A DNA stretch of 62,599 bases, filler included, from Kipferlia bialata (lineage: Eukaryota): NCBI GenBank assembly GCA_003568945.1. It is 5 parts of 5 records of this genome, joined end to end, with 100 filler letters (N's around TTAATTAATTAA, not from the genome) between each part and the next. Parts side by side here need not be neighbours in the genome. Positions count along the whole stretch, not along the records: positions 27,768 to 41,548 come from BDIP01000899.1; positions 41,649 to 55,426 come from BDIP01000900.1; 3 more parts are not named here. One strand, 5' to 3'. Position numbers and translations under genes: made by a program. The first letter of the stretch is position 1. Each line of letters starts with the position of its first letter. Shown here piece by piece: positions 36,566-49,700 of this stretch. The notes under the pieces were generated by a model. That model did not search any database, was not told where the DNA came from, and saw only the letters and a list, made by a program, of their open reading frames with translations.

Positions 36566-39500
36566 TCAGGATGTCCCTGCCGTTGGGACACCTATTGGAA
36601 CAGGCACCGAAGCCAGATGCGGCCTGGCACAGATCAGCGAGGTCGCCCTGCAGCACAGTGCCTACCTGGGGGTAAGGAGGGGGGGGGAAGGTGTATCAGA
36701 GTATGCAATGGGGTACCCACTCACCAGTCTGCCATGGCTGTCCCTGATGTATGCATTGTCCAGGCCCAGTAGGTTGCAGAGTCTGAGGGCACTGGCAACA
36801 GGCTGGGGTGGGAAGAGAGAGAGGGGGGGGGGTAGGAAATAGGGTCGTGAAGTGTATGCACCCACTCACCATGTGGCTGAGTATGGAGAATGGCGACAGA
36901 TCTGGCTCTATCCCAGGTGTGGTGAGCAGATCCACCGTGAACATGAGGCTGGACCTGGGGAGGAAGGGCAGGAAGTGGCCCTCGTGGGGGATGGAGGCAA
37001 GCATGCCCTGGGGTGAGAGGCGAGAGAGAGAAGCTCATATATATATATGTATGCGTATATGTGTGCCCACCTGCAGCACTGTGTCTGGGTATGGCACCCT
37101 GGTCAGTCTGATGCCACCCTCGGTGTGACATGGACACGGCTCCTCCCTACGTCTACTATCCCCCACTATCCGACGCAGCAACTCGGCCTTCCCCCTGGCA
37201 TTGACGTTCACCCTCCCAGCAGGATGCATCCTGGGCAGTATACCCCTGCGCCCCACCCCATGCGCTGCACCACTAGTCTGTACTGTGGGGTGGGGTCTGG
37301 GGCTGAGGTGGGGGTATCCCTGGGACCCTGACACGATGTGCATGGCCCCAGGGTCTGAGGACAGAGGCAGGGAGGGGTGCACCTCCACAGGGGCATGCCC
37401 TATCACATGCAGTCCATCGCTCAGAGGCACCTTGACCCTGGGGGGGAGGGAGGGCAGGGAGTGGCCGGGGCCTTCTGCTCTGTCCTCCTGGGCATCTACA
37501 CCACATGGTATACCAGTGGCATCTGTATGTACATCCCCCTTGGACCCAGCCCCAGACTCTATCACAGAGTTGTTGGGGGCCTGGGGTGAGGAACACACAT
37601 TCATACCAATACGTCCTGCTCTCGATGTATCTATGTATGCCTACCTGCACTAGGGCCATGTCTGCAAAGACTGTGTTCATGACACTGCTCTCGAAGGTGA
37701 GGAAGGGCAGGAGTAGTACAGTGGCTGCAACAGTGCGCCTGGGGTAGCGCCTGGGGGTGAGTGATTACTGATTCCACAGTAACCCAAACACCTACACTCC
37801 TATAACCCCGTAACACGATGCGTGTTACCATGGGTCTGAAATGAACACAATATCAGGCTCATAGTGACCCCCATATAGTGCCAGTATCAATCCATCCCCA
37901 CCTGAAGTGTGCCAGCATGGGGTCTGACATGAGAGATGAGGTCTGGGGGTGGGTCGAGTGGCTCCCATGGGTATCCCCTAGGGCCCTGGTCATGTCTCGG
38001 TCGGCCTCGTCCCTCTCTCTCTCCCTGTCGCGGCATGATCCCTTACTACCTACTGGCACAGGTTGTCTCAGAGCATTGTCCTGAGGCACACCCTCAGCCT
38101 GACCCTTATCTGCCCCGGGAGTGGCTTCAGGGGTGGACTCGCCCTCAGTCTCTGTCTCTGCCTCTCCCTCATCGGACCCGTCCTCTGCTAGAGGCGAGGC
38201 CCCAGGCACTATACAGGCAAAGCCAAGCTCCGACCCCTGCCCCTCCCCTGTCGACACAGACTGGTCACTGTCACTGGACGAGTCGCTCTCACTCAGGTGT
38301 CGGGTGGTGTGGGAGTCCCCGTGGTACACCACCCCTGTCTTGCTATCCCCTGTGCTGTACACCCCCTCCGTGCTCTCTCCCCCGTGCTGCTGGGTACCAT
38401 AGTTAGCCAGAGCAAGGGACACACTCAGTCTTCTGAGGCTCGTCAACAACAGGATGTACACGTCCTGTCTACGCACCTCCCCCACCAGCTGCATGGAGTC
38501 ATTGACAACAGGCAGCACAACGGCGGTGTGTCTGGGGTCAGGGGGTGCCATAGGTGCCACACATATATACATATCCATGCACCCTACCTAGTGACTACAT
38601 CCAGCATCTCTGCCAAGGTACTGCGTTGCCTGAGACACACCGGATTGGTGTGGGCAACCTGGGGTGGGGGAGGAGATGAGTGGAATAATGATTAATAGTC
38701 AGCGGCTCCGACACCAATGGTCACACACCTCTCCCACACTTGTGCTGAATATGTATCTGCGTCTGAGACCTCTGCTGACCACAGACGGGTACTTAGTGAG
38801 TGCATTGACAGACAGCATCTCAGTGACGGCCTCTGCATCCACACCCACCAGACCCTCTGGCTCTGTGTCCTCCCCAGTCTGACCAGTCTGTCTCTCTACT
38901 GTGTCTGGTACATCTGGTGCTGGACCTGTTCCTTCCCCATCATCCTTCCCCGCTGTCTCGTGTCTGGGGTCTGTGAACAGATCCGCCAGGTCGCGCCTCT
39001 TCCCCTCCCCTTGTACCCCATTGTGCATGGAGTGGAAGGTGGACCCATTGTGGAAGGAGGACTGCGACAGAGTGCCAGTACCATCACCTGGGGTAAGGGG
39101 TGAGACCAACACGCGGAGACATGGTGGGTATATACAACAGTTATGCATCGAATAGTTGTCACCTGACAGGGCTGCAAATGTGTTGAGCCTGCGCCTCTCA
39201 GGCAGAGATATGGTGGCCAGGGTGTGGAGGTCGGGGAGACACTTCACCTGGGGTCAGGGGACAGGCGCAAGGGGGTACAATGGATATAAGAGTATAGACC
39301 CCTCACCCTCTGGATCTGCTCGTACATGGACACGCCCAGACTACGCGATGTCAGCACACTGAACACGATTGTGACCAGCACAGGTGTTGCAATGAATGGG
39401 GTGCCCACCAGCTCTATCACAATGACCGCACTGGACAGGGTCTGGGTCACAGAGCCACACATGCCACCTGGGGTCAGGATGGGGTATGGTATACATGTGA

Positions 39501-41415
39501 CAATACCAACCAACATCTCACACCCTACATATAACCCACCTGCCCCAATGACGCTGTACAGTGCTGCATTCCCAAGGTTGAGGGCCTCGCCCACTGCACG
39601 GCCTGGGGGTGGGGAGGATGGGATATATGGATAGGTGCAATATAGTTAGAAGGATCCAACCACTAAGAATCTTCGTGACACTGTGTACCCGTACCTAGCA
39701 CCGACCCCAGCACAAACATGGGAGTGAAGAACCCTACTGTGATAGGGAGACACAGGGCCAGGAGGTGCATGACTGCATAGGCAGCAGAGAGGAGGAGGAG
39801 GTCTCTGACCCTTTCCCACGACCCCTCCCCCCCCTCCGTGATGCCTGACCCCGACCCGTCCAGACTGCCACTGAACAGACCCTGCACCAGCAGGTTGGAC
39901 GGGAGGCGCAGACCGGGTATGCCGAAGGAGATGGCCGTGGTGAGCAGGGCAACCACTACCACAGCCAGAGTGCGCCTGGCATAGAGGGTGAGGCGGTTCC
40001 AGTCCCGCCAGGCACTGCTATTATCACAGGGGCAGGGGGATATCCTCATGCGCAGCCTCCTCTCGCATATGAGCCCCCTCAGGAAGGCGTTGACAGGCGG
40101 GTACATCTTGATGTACACCCACCCCAGCAGACCCAGACCCACCCCCAACAGAGCAAAGAGGGGGAGCTCACGGGTGTCGAAGTCGGTGTCACTAGGGGGT
40201 GAGAGGGGGTGAGAGAGAGATTGGGAATATATATAGACATATTCCCGTACCCGAGGTCCGAGTCTGCCCCTGTGCCTGTCCCAAACATGTGGGCCAGGGT
40301 TGTCATATCTAGCTGGGACACAACGATCATGGCAAAGGAGCCGCACCACACTATGTTGAGCAGGGCTGCTATCCCACCCCCGTGTCTAGATACCTCCACG
40401 CTGAACAGAGTGCCGCCAAACACAGCCCCAAAGGTCTGGGGTCAGGGGGATAATTGTACATCCGTTGTTATGTACGAGAGGAGTATGGTGAGTGTACACT
40501 CATACAGATACATATATATGTCTTGCGTACCGACACCACCCCAGCTGCCACTGCGGCACTGAGACTAGAGGCACCACTCTTGTGCCGGAAGTGTCTGCGG
40601 AAGGGCCTAGGGGTGAGAGGTATAACACTCACACTATACATATATATATAGCCGTATAGTTGTCTGTATGAGTAGACCCCACCTCAGCAGTGCCAGCTGG
40701 GCAGTCAGGGCCACAGCCATGTACACATAGGGCCCCTCCTTCCCCACCACCAGGCCACTGCCCATGGCCCACACTAGAGAGAGGGCCTTGTACACAATGG
40801 ACCGGTACGAGAAGAAGGAGGCGGCGGTGCCTGGAGGGTAGGGGGGATGTGAAGTAGGAATAGGGTCAGTGACATTTGACAAGACTATGCAGAGGGGTGT
40901 GTATACATACATATGCAAATACACCCACCTGATGTTGGCACCCCCATGTCAAACAGCGTGATGAGCTCAGGTATGCCACTGCCCCCACTCATCTGGTGCA
41001 CGCGGCCCTTGACTGACAGGGTCAGAGGGGGAGAGAGAGAGAGAGAGGGGGGGGGGGACTGTTATGGGAGTACTCGTTCAACACCCCGCAATGCATACCT
41101 CTCATGGTGCAAGTCCAGGTAGTACTGAAGAGTATCGCCTGGAGTGGGATAGGAGTGTATAGGTGTGTGTATACAATATTGCCATCAATGACTATTATAA
41201 ATGCAATATATCTACCCAGAATTGTTACGACTCAATAAAAATCGAAGCGTAAGCTGTGGAAATTGATACACTCATATATGTTAACACATAATAGTATATA
41301 CATACATATGTATAGTCATATATACATATATAGCCACATAACCATACCCTCTATGAGCTCTGTGATGAATACCACCTGGTCGGGCTCATCAGCATTGACG
41401 AAGTGTCTGATATAC
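36566..41415 (-). CDS. CLC: CLC chloride channel with C-terminal CBS pair; 5'-truncated
   Basis: GSGIPE, GKEGP, FGGTLFSVEVS, GFFTPMFVLG, TQTLSSAVIVIELVG, YEQI; CBS motifs LPVVNDSMQLVGEV and LLGLDNAYIRDSHGRLVG. Confidence 0.92.
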
Positions 41416-41495
41416 CTGAAGATTAGTGGTATAGTATATATCCATAGTGTATATATGAAGTGTCTGATACACATGCATGTCAATAATAGAAACTG

Positions 41496-41526
<31 letters not shown>

Positions 41527-41548
41527 AAAAACACCAATATTGGGTTTC

Positions 41549-41648
41549 NNNNNNNNNNNNNNNNNNNNNNNNNNNNNNNNNNNNNNNNNNNNTTAATTAA
41601 TTAANNNNNNNNNNNNNNNNNNNNNNNNNNNNNNNNNNNNNNNNNNNN
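41549..41648. other. Artificial contig linker N44-TTAATTAATTAA-N44
   Basis: 12-mer at 41593-41604. Confidence 0.97.
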
Positions 41649-41700
<52 letters not shown>

Positions 41701-41701
41701 G

Positions 41702-41719
<18 letters not shown>

Positions 41720-41740
<21 letters not shown>

Positions 41741-43775
41741 GCACCCTCCTCCTCCTGGGGTGAGATATATATACATAGATATATACGTATACATATATAT
41801 ATAGAGAGAGAGTATATATATACATATATATAAAAATATAGGACCCTCCTCCTCCTGGGGGGGGGGTGAGGGGGTAGATGAATACATATATATGTGTATT
41901 GGTGATTGTATACAGATCTATGTATTGCATGCATCATATATACATATACACTACTCCATCTTGTCCTGATACCAGCTCTCCTCTTCTCCCTATATATAAT
42001 ACTATTGACTGTGACTGTATATAAATCATATATATCATTGATATACCATACACAGTATACCTTGGATGCCTCCTCTCCTCTCTCTCTCTTCATGTATTAG
42101 TGTGAACACGAACATAAAACATATAATTTTACCATATATTGTATACCTTGGATGCCTCCTCTCCTCTCTCACGGGCAATGCGCTTGTCAGCGGCTCTGGG
42201 ATGAGTTTCTATGTTCACAAAAATGAAATATACATGTACGCATAGTATGAATAGATTGTGCACAGTCAGAGGCTACCGGCAGAGGACACCAGAGAATATA
42301 TAACTATAATAGGAGTATATATATATGTATATAAAGAAGTATATATAGAGATATACACATGTATTGTTACCTCTTCTTCCAGAGGCTACCGGCAGAGGAC
42401 ATCAGCTTGTCAGTGCCACCAAGGCCACTGGGGTGAGAGGATATATGTGTATAATTACATATATACATTAGTTACTATATATATACGTATGTATGTGGGT
42501 GTCAGTGCCACCAAGGCCACTGGGGGTGAGGGGTAGGGGGTGGATGAGGAAGACTATGTTACTGGCTTATATGGTTCCCTATGGTATACAGTGGATAGTC
42601 ACTGCAAACCGGCCCACCTGAGGGGGTTGCTGGTCACCTATATATTTTTATATATATGACTGGGTTGCTGGTCATATATATATATATACCTGAGGGGGTT
42701 GCTGGTCAGACCAGAGCTGACATGGCTATCGATGAGAGTGGCCCTCTCGTCCTACAGAGTCAGATATACATAAATAATAGCTAGAGTCAGATATGTATAT
42801 ATATATATAGAACATATATAAGACACATATATATAGAACATATATATACTTGACTAGTATATAGAACATATAGAACATATATAATGCATATAGAGCAACG
42901 AGATAGCATATACTGTGTATGAGAGTGGCCCTCTCGACTCCTACAGAGTCAGAGACTGATGCATAGTGCATATCCGATATAATGAGAGAGAGAAAGGCCC
43001 ATGGACACAGCACAGATGTATATACGGTGTAATAAGAGAGAGAGACTCCACTACACGTACGACATATATATAGAACATATATATACATAAACATACATAT
43101 AACATATATAACACATACATTGCATATATTGAGCATCTAGATAGCATATACTGTGAGACTCCACTACACGTACGTCGTTGGTGTTCTCGTTGTGGGGACT
43201 TGATAATGACAGAGATACATATACTACATAGTAGGAAGAGCCAGAGGTCTAGTTATAGTAAGATACTACTACACGTACGTCGTTGGTGTTCTCGTTGTGG
43301 GGGGAGATGAGGTCACGGGTGGCGGAGAAGGACCTGGGCGTCAATGACTATATATTCATATATATATATTTATATTAACATAAATGTGGTCTGCATACAT
43401 ATACCAGGTGGCGGAGAAGGACCTGGACGTCAATGGGTAAATAGATACTCACGGAATAATAGGAGTATTACACGCATATATAAATATGTGTGTGTCACGG
43501 GTGGCGGAGAAGGACCTGGGCGTCAATGGGTAAAGAGCAATGCATGTATATCATGTATAGAGATATATCATATTGGCGGGCGTCAATGGGTGAATTAAAA
43601 CTCACAAGAAGAATGTGTTATTCTGTGAGAACACATACATATACATATATATTCACTCATCTCTATGTACTGCATACATACCGACCGACCTGAGGACAGC
43701 GTGCAAGGTGTGCAGTTACACCATACACATATATCACGTACTGTATACAATATATACATTATATTACTATATTAT

Positions 43776-43813
<38 letters not shown>

Positions 43814-44838
43814 TACTATACAATACATATATAATATATACCTGAGGACAGGGTGCAAGGTGTCCAGTTACACCATACACATATATCACGTACTGTACAC
43901 ATAGTGTACATTATACTACGTTATTACACAATACATATATATACTACGATATTACACAATATACATATATATTATATAATACATATTATACAATATATAT
44001 ATATACTATACAATATATATACATATATAATACATACCTGAGGACAGCGTGCACGGTGTGCAGGTTCTTGAGCTCTCTCTTCTTCCTCTCCTACTGGTAA
44101 GAGGTGAGAACAAGTATTTCATATACATATACAAGAACGCAAACAGCATGATGATCCAATGGCGTGTAACATATTGCAGTCATAATACATACTATATCAA
44201 AACATTGTGACCCACGTGTGCTGCTGTGTTCTTCATGCAGTATTTATATACTCATATATATATATGTATATGTGTGTATCTATATTAATACATTTCTATA
44301 TATATATATATATATATTCATATTTACATATATATACCTGTGCAGCAGTGTTCTTGATGCAGTAGATGCTGAACACAACCAGCTCGGCTATGCAGAGCAC
44401 GCAGCCAACAAGGGCGTAGATGTGCTCCTGGGGTCAGAGAGGTAAGCTAATACACTATTCATATGAATGAAATAACACAGTATATTCATATACTAAGATA
44501 GTGTAATATTCATATGAATGAAATAATACATTCTCACAATAATACATGATTTACAAGGCGTAGATGTGCTCCTGGGGTGAGATAGGTAAGATAATACACT
44601 ATTCGTATGAATGAAATAATACATATTCATATACAAAGATAGTGTAATATTCATATGAATGAAATAATACATACTCACAATAATACATGATTTACAGGGC
44701 GTAGATGTGCTCCTGGGGTGAGAGAGGTAAGACATTATAATATATAATAATATATAATATATAATATAATAATAACACGTAGTAATATATTCATATGAAT
44801 GAAAATCATATGATTTAAAAGGGGCGTAGATGTGCTCC
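41720..44838 (-). CDS. Fragment of a microexon-rich hypothetical membrane protein in long TA-rich introns
   Basis: Exons EHIYALVGCVLCIAELVVFSIYCIKNTAAQ / ERKKRELKNLHTVHAVLR / SFSATRDLISPHNENTND / DERATLIDSHVSSGLTSNPL. Confidence 0.5.
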
Positions 44839-45151
44839 TGGGGGGGGGGGGGGGGGGGGGGGGGAAAAAAGGAAAAACAANNNNNNNNNNNNNNNNNNNN
44901 NNNNNNNNNNNNNNNNNNNNNNNNNNNNNNNNNNNNNNNNNNNNNNNNNNNNNNNNNNNNNNNNNNNNNNNNNNNNNNNNNNNNNNNNNNNNNNNNNNNN
45001 NNNNNNNNNNNNNNNNNNNNNNNNNNNNNNNNNNNNNNNNNNNNNNNNNNNNNNNNNNNNNNNNNNNNNNNNNNNNNNNNNNNNNNNACATGGCAGTGCT
45101 TATTATCCCTACCCCCCCCCCCCCTCCCCCTTCCCCTCCCCCTTACCCTAG

Positions 45152-46319
45152 TGCTGAGGACATGGAGTTCCCAGATGAGGTGGACACACCTTGCGACGTC
45201 CCTGTGCGTGAGAAGTTTGCCGGCTACCGAGGCCTCAACTCCTTCCGCACCTCCCCCTGGATCGGTGCCAAGTACGAGCTGCCCGAGGCCTACTCGGCCC
45301 TGTACCGCATCTCCCACCCTAGGGAGGTCGAGAAGGTGGTGCTGGAGGAGCAGGCCAGGGGCATCGACTGCGCCATGCCAGGCCAGTACGTGGTTGTTGT
45401 GCTGAGGGAGTGCTCCTTCAAGGGCATGGGAGGTGAGGACCAGACTACCAACACCCTCGAGGGCGTCATGGGTCTCTACGCCAACCAGGCCCCCGTCACA
45501 TGCTTCGGCCTGCTGAGGCACGAGACCAAGATGTCCCTCTGCCACTTCAGGGTCAAGCGCCACCCCGTCTTCTCTGCCCCTGTCGATGAGGAGGGCAACC
45601 CTCTCCCAGACACCGAGAACGAGTACCTCATCAAGAGCGGGGACCCCCTCGTCATCCAGTACGGGTTCAGACGTGTGCTGGCCTTCCCCACCATCAGTGA
45701 GCACCTCTCTGATCCCAAGCAGGACAAGGCGAAGATGGTCAGGTTCTTCCACGAGGGCATGAACCTCGTCCTCTCTGCAGTGTGTCCTGTGGCACTCACC
45801 AGGCCCAACGTGCTCATCTTCAAGCCTGTCGACCCCGAGCAGTGTCCCGAGGCCGCAGGAGCACCCCTGAGGCTGGTTGCCACAGGCACGGGCCTCCCCC
45901 CCAACGTGGACAAGCTGATCATCAAGCGTGTTGTGCTGACTGGCTACCCCCTCAAGGTGTCCAAGATCACTGCCTGGGTCAGGTACATGTTCTTCAACAG
46001 GACCGACATCAAGTGGTACAGACCCATAGAGCTGCAGACAAAGTACGGCCGCACCGGCCACATCACACAGCCCGTTGGTCTCCACGGTCTGCTCAAGGCC
46101 AGGTTCGACAAGCCTCTGCACCAGGGCGACACCGTCATGCTGAAGCTGTACAAGAGGACATTCCCAGACGCAGCCTCCACCCTGCCCTTCGGTGTATCTA
46201 CTCTCGAGGCCTGTGGCAACGCCATGACTGCCTACCTCGACAAGGAGGAGGATGCTAGGGAGGAGGAGAGAGCCAGGATCGAGGGACAGGAGAAGGACAT
46301 TGTCGACATGGCAATGTAG
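45152..46319 (+). CDS. TSR1: Pre-rRNA processing protein TSR1, C-terminal exon
   Basis: EFPDEVDTP..REKFAGYRGLNSFRTSPW, FGLLRHETKMS, IIKRVVLTGYP, VRYMFFN, GHITQPVGLHG..KARFD, LYKRTFP. Confidence 0.93.
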
Positions 46320-46774
46320 GAGTGATGGTAATCAGTTATAGCTTTTGTGTTTGTATGTCTATTGTTCGTTGCTTCCTTAAATCTATGACTCCATTTTGAC
46401 TGCGGGTTGTAGTGTAGTTTGTCTTGTGCTCCATAGAACAAGTGTGCGTTGTGGGTTTTATCGGTGTTGCTGATGTGAGTATTAGTCTCATGGACAAAGC
46501 TTGGGTTCGCCTGGCACATACTGTAAAATATTGCATCCTCTCCCTTAGTAGTAAGAACTCTCTGGTAGTGTGACTGTCAGAGCAGAGCTTTCACTGACAC
46601 TGACTCAGTGACTGAGTGACTGATTGAGTCCGGACCCTTATTGCAAAAATCCAGAATTCTCTCGCGCCTTGGTCTGGCTAAAGTACGGCATACACGCCCT
46701 TTCATTGCACTCAAGTGCACTTATAAGACTGAACGAGCGATCCGTGCGTCATACTGCCTGAGTAGACTGTTTCT

Positions 46775-49700
46775 ATGCAGTCTGCGAGATCGGCGCGCAC
46801 GCCTCGAGTACCTGAGGAGGAGGCGCACTCACTACCTGATATAGACCTGATCCCAATATCGACCAATGACCTTCTCCACAGCCTGAGAAGGGATGTAGCA
46901 GAGGAGGTTAAGGTGCTGCAGGGGTACGAAGCAGAGAGGCTCAACCACTACCTGCGGCCGAGTGGGTCCTCCAAGACAGAACTCCAGGCAATACCCAGAC
47001 CGGTGCCTGAAGGTATCCTATGCCTATACACTGTTCATACTAGCGTGAGTGTGTACATATTTTTCATAGTTGGGTTGCCTGTGTTTGTTATCCTCACTGT
47101 ACAAATACCTGTCTCTTTATCATTATCTACTATACTCATCTGTTCTCCCACCCCGTCTCACCTGATAGGGGAGGACCTTATCAGAGCCAACACTGCGTCT
47201 CTGAAGCGCTTTGGAGATGTCCCTAGGCCCGCCCTCCCCCTTGTGTGGGGAGACCTGCTCACCCAGCAGAACCTGAGTGCCGCCACTCCTCTTGTGTCTG
47301 TCCCTGCTGACCTGGTGGGTGTGCTATGGGACTATGGGATGAGGGCGGCTAGAGAGGCCTTCCACATGTGGAGGCTGTGTCTGCTGCGGTACAACAGGTG
47401 CCACACCAAGGACGTGATGGCCAGTTCCCAGGCCATACTGGAGAGGATGCTGGTGACCCATGAACAGGGGTGGCAGAGCAAGAGAGAGCTGCTGGCCCGG
47501 CTCAAGGCAGTGGCCAAGGAGGGCAACATCAAGCTGAGCGAGGCCTACATACCCCTGGCCTCCCTCCCCACCCCCGGCCCAGACTCCCTCCCCCCCGGTC
47601 TTGTGGAGCCTGTGTTTGAGGTGGCCAACTCGAGTGATGCCTTTGTGACTGTGGATGACTGCCTAGGGGTGGCCAAGACGATGGCTGTGCCTCTGACAGT
47701 GGTAGATGAGACCATGCCCAGGCTGCAGTGGCTGGGGGAGAGCAAGAGGGGCCTCATTCTGCGTCTGGCCGTTGATGCCTCCATGCAGTCTGTGTCTGTG
47801 CCCACTGTGGTGTGTGAGCAGGCTGATGCAGACCGCATGCTGTCGGGTCTGCTGCCTCTGTGTGGGTCAGATGCCTCTAGTGTCAACGCCACAGACAGTG
47901 AGAGTGTTGTCTTGCTGCAGAGGCGGTTCAAGGATGAGGTGTCGCAGGTGATGCAGTCCCTACAGGTGGCACTGACTGGTGAGGTCAACACACAGGCACC
48001 CCTGCTGCTGGTCGAGCCAGCCTCACTGGACGGCACCATCCTGTGCCCCGCCGCCACCCCCCACCCCCCCTCCCCCCAGACGGTCAATGTGGAGGCGTCT
48101 GAGACTAGGGTCAGGGACGGACCAGACACCGTGGCACCCTCCACCAGCCTCCTGACTGGGGGCGGCACTGATCAGGTGTTTGGATCAGTCCAAGCCACAG
48201 TCCGTACCACCCTGGCTGCATCCACCCCTGACGTGGCCCCAGGCCAGTTTGTGCTCAAGCTCCTGAGGCAGATGAGTGGTGAGCATGCAGCCCTAGTCAA
48301 GATGGGTGGCCAGGCATGCCACGTTGCATCCTCCTCCCTCGATGCCCTGTATGAGCTCAGGCATCTGGCCATCCTGCATCTGAGAAGGGAGATACTCTTC
48401 CTATCCAACCAGTGCAGTGCGGTGGTCCAGTCTCTGGCCTCTGACCTCTACTCGGGCCATGCCACGGACATGCCGGCTGTCTTCCTCCCTGCCTTTGACC
48501 CCAAGGCCTTCATCGAGTCCCAGACAGACACGGCCTCCTTCTACACAGTGGACCCCCATGGGCTGGATGTGCTGAGTGCGGCTGGGGAGAGGGTGTTATT
48601 GCAGTCTGCCCTGGATGGTCTGGAGGATATGGACGCCAGACACCTTGTCCTGGCCAGTAGGGTGGTGGCAGCCACGCCCAAGGACTCACCCACCGTGTCC
48701 AGACCTGCCCTGCTGGTGTCTATCCTCAGACTGGAGGTGGCACTGCACAGGGCCAAGAAGTCTCTGCTTCTCGACCTCCAGTGCGGCCTCCTAAACTGTG
48801 TCGATGTGCTGCAGAGCCGGTCTCTGCTGATACTCGCCAGGAGGGTGGCTGCCCTGCAGGTGGAGTTTGGGCCTGACTCCGACCCCCTGCCCTACGCCAC
48901 TGCCAATGTGAGGGCCATAGAGGGGTATGCCAAGACCCTGCACTGCCTGATGACTGCGGCACAGGCCGAGGTGGGGACCGACATCGAGGGACACCCCATG
49001 GACGTGGGTGGAGGTATATCGATGGGCATGACCGACATCAACCCGGCCCTGGCCCAGGCCGCCATGACGCTCTCCACCCTCTTCGATGTCTCTGACGCCG
49101 TGGCACATGCCTTCCCCTCTCTCTCCCCCCAGTGCATAGCGTCAGGGGTGGGCACTGCTGCCCATATGGAGGTGCTGTATGTGACTCAGAGGAGGAGGGA
49201 CGCAGGCCCCCTCTCTGACCTCCCCGCCCCCCTTAGGCTGGCTGGTCAGTTTGGGTACATCTCCCCTGACACCGTGGAGGCCACCTTCGAGGTAGCCCTC
49301 AAGGAGGCACTCGAGAGGGCAGAGGAGGTGGACACTAACTTCAGCACCGACGTCATCAACTCGGAGACAGTTGCCGGGCCCTCTGCCGCCTTCCTCACCC
49401 CTAAGCGTCTGCTGGAGGCCATCCCCTCACCCCCCTCTGGCACCGAGGCCAGGCTGACAGCGTGTGTGGGTGCGTCCTCCCTCAGACAGTGGAGTGGATG
49501 GCCCCAGACAGAGTGGCCCATACCCATGCAGGTGTGCCAGAACATACTGAATGTGGTGTATGCAAAGAGGCGTCTCTGGAGTGCCACCCTCGAGTCTGCA
49601 GTGCTTGGCCAGATATACGGAGCACAGTGTGAGCTGCTGGGCCTCAGTGCCCGTCTTGCCCTGGGTGACATGGAGTGGGAGGCCCTGGAGGGCAGGGCCG

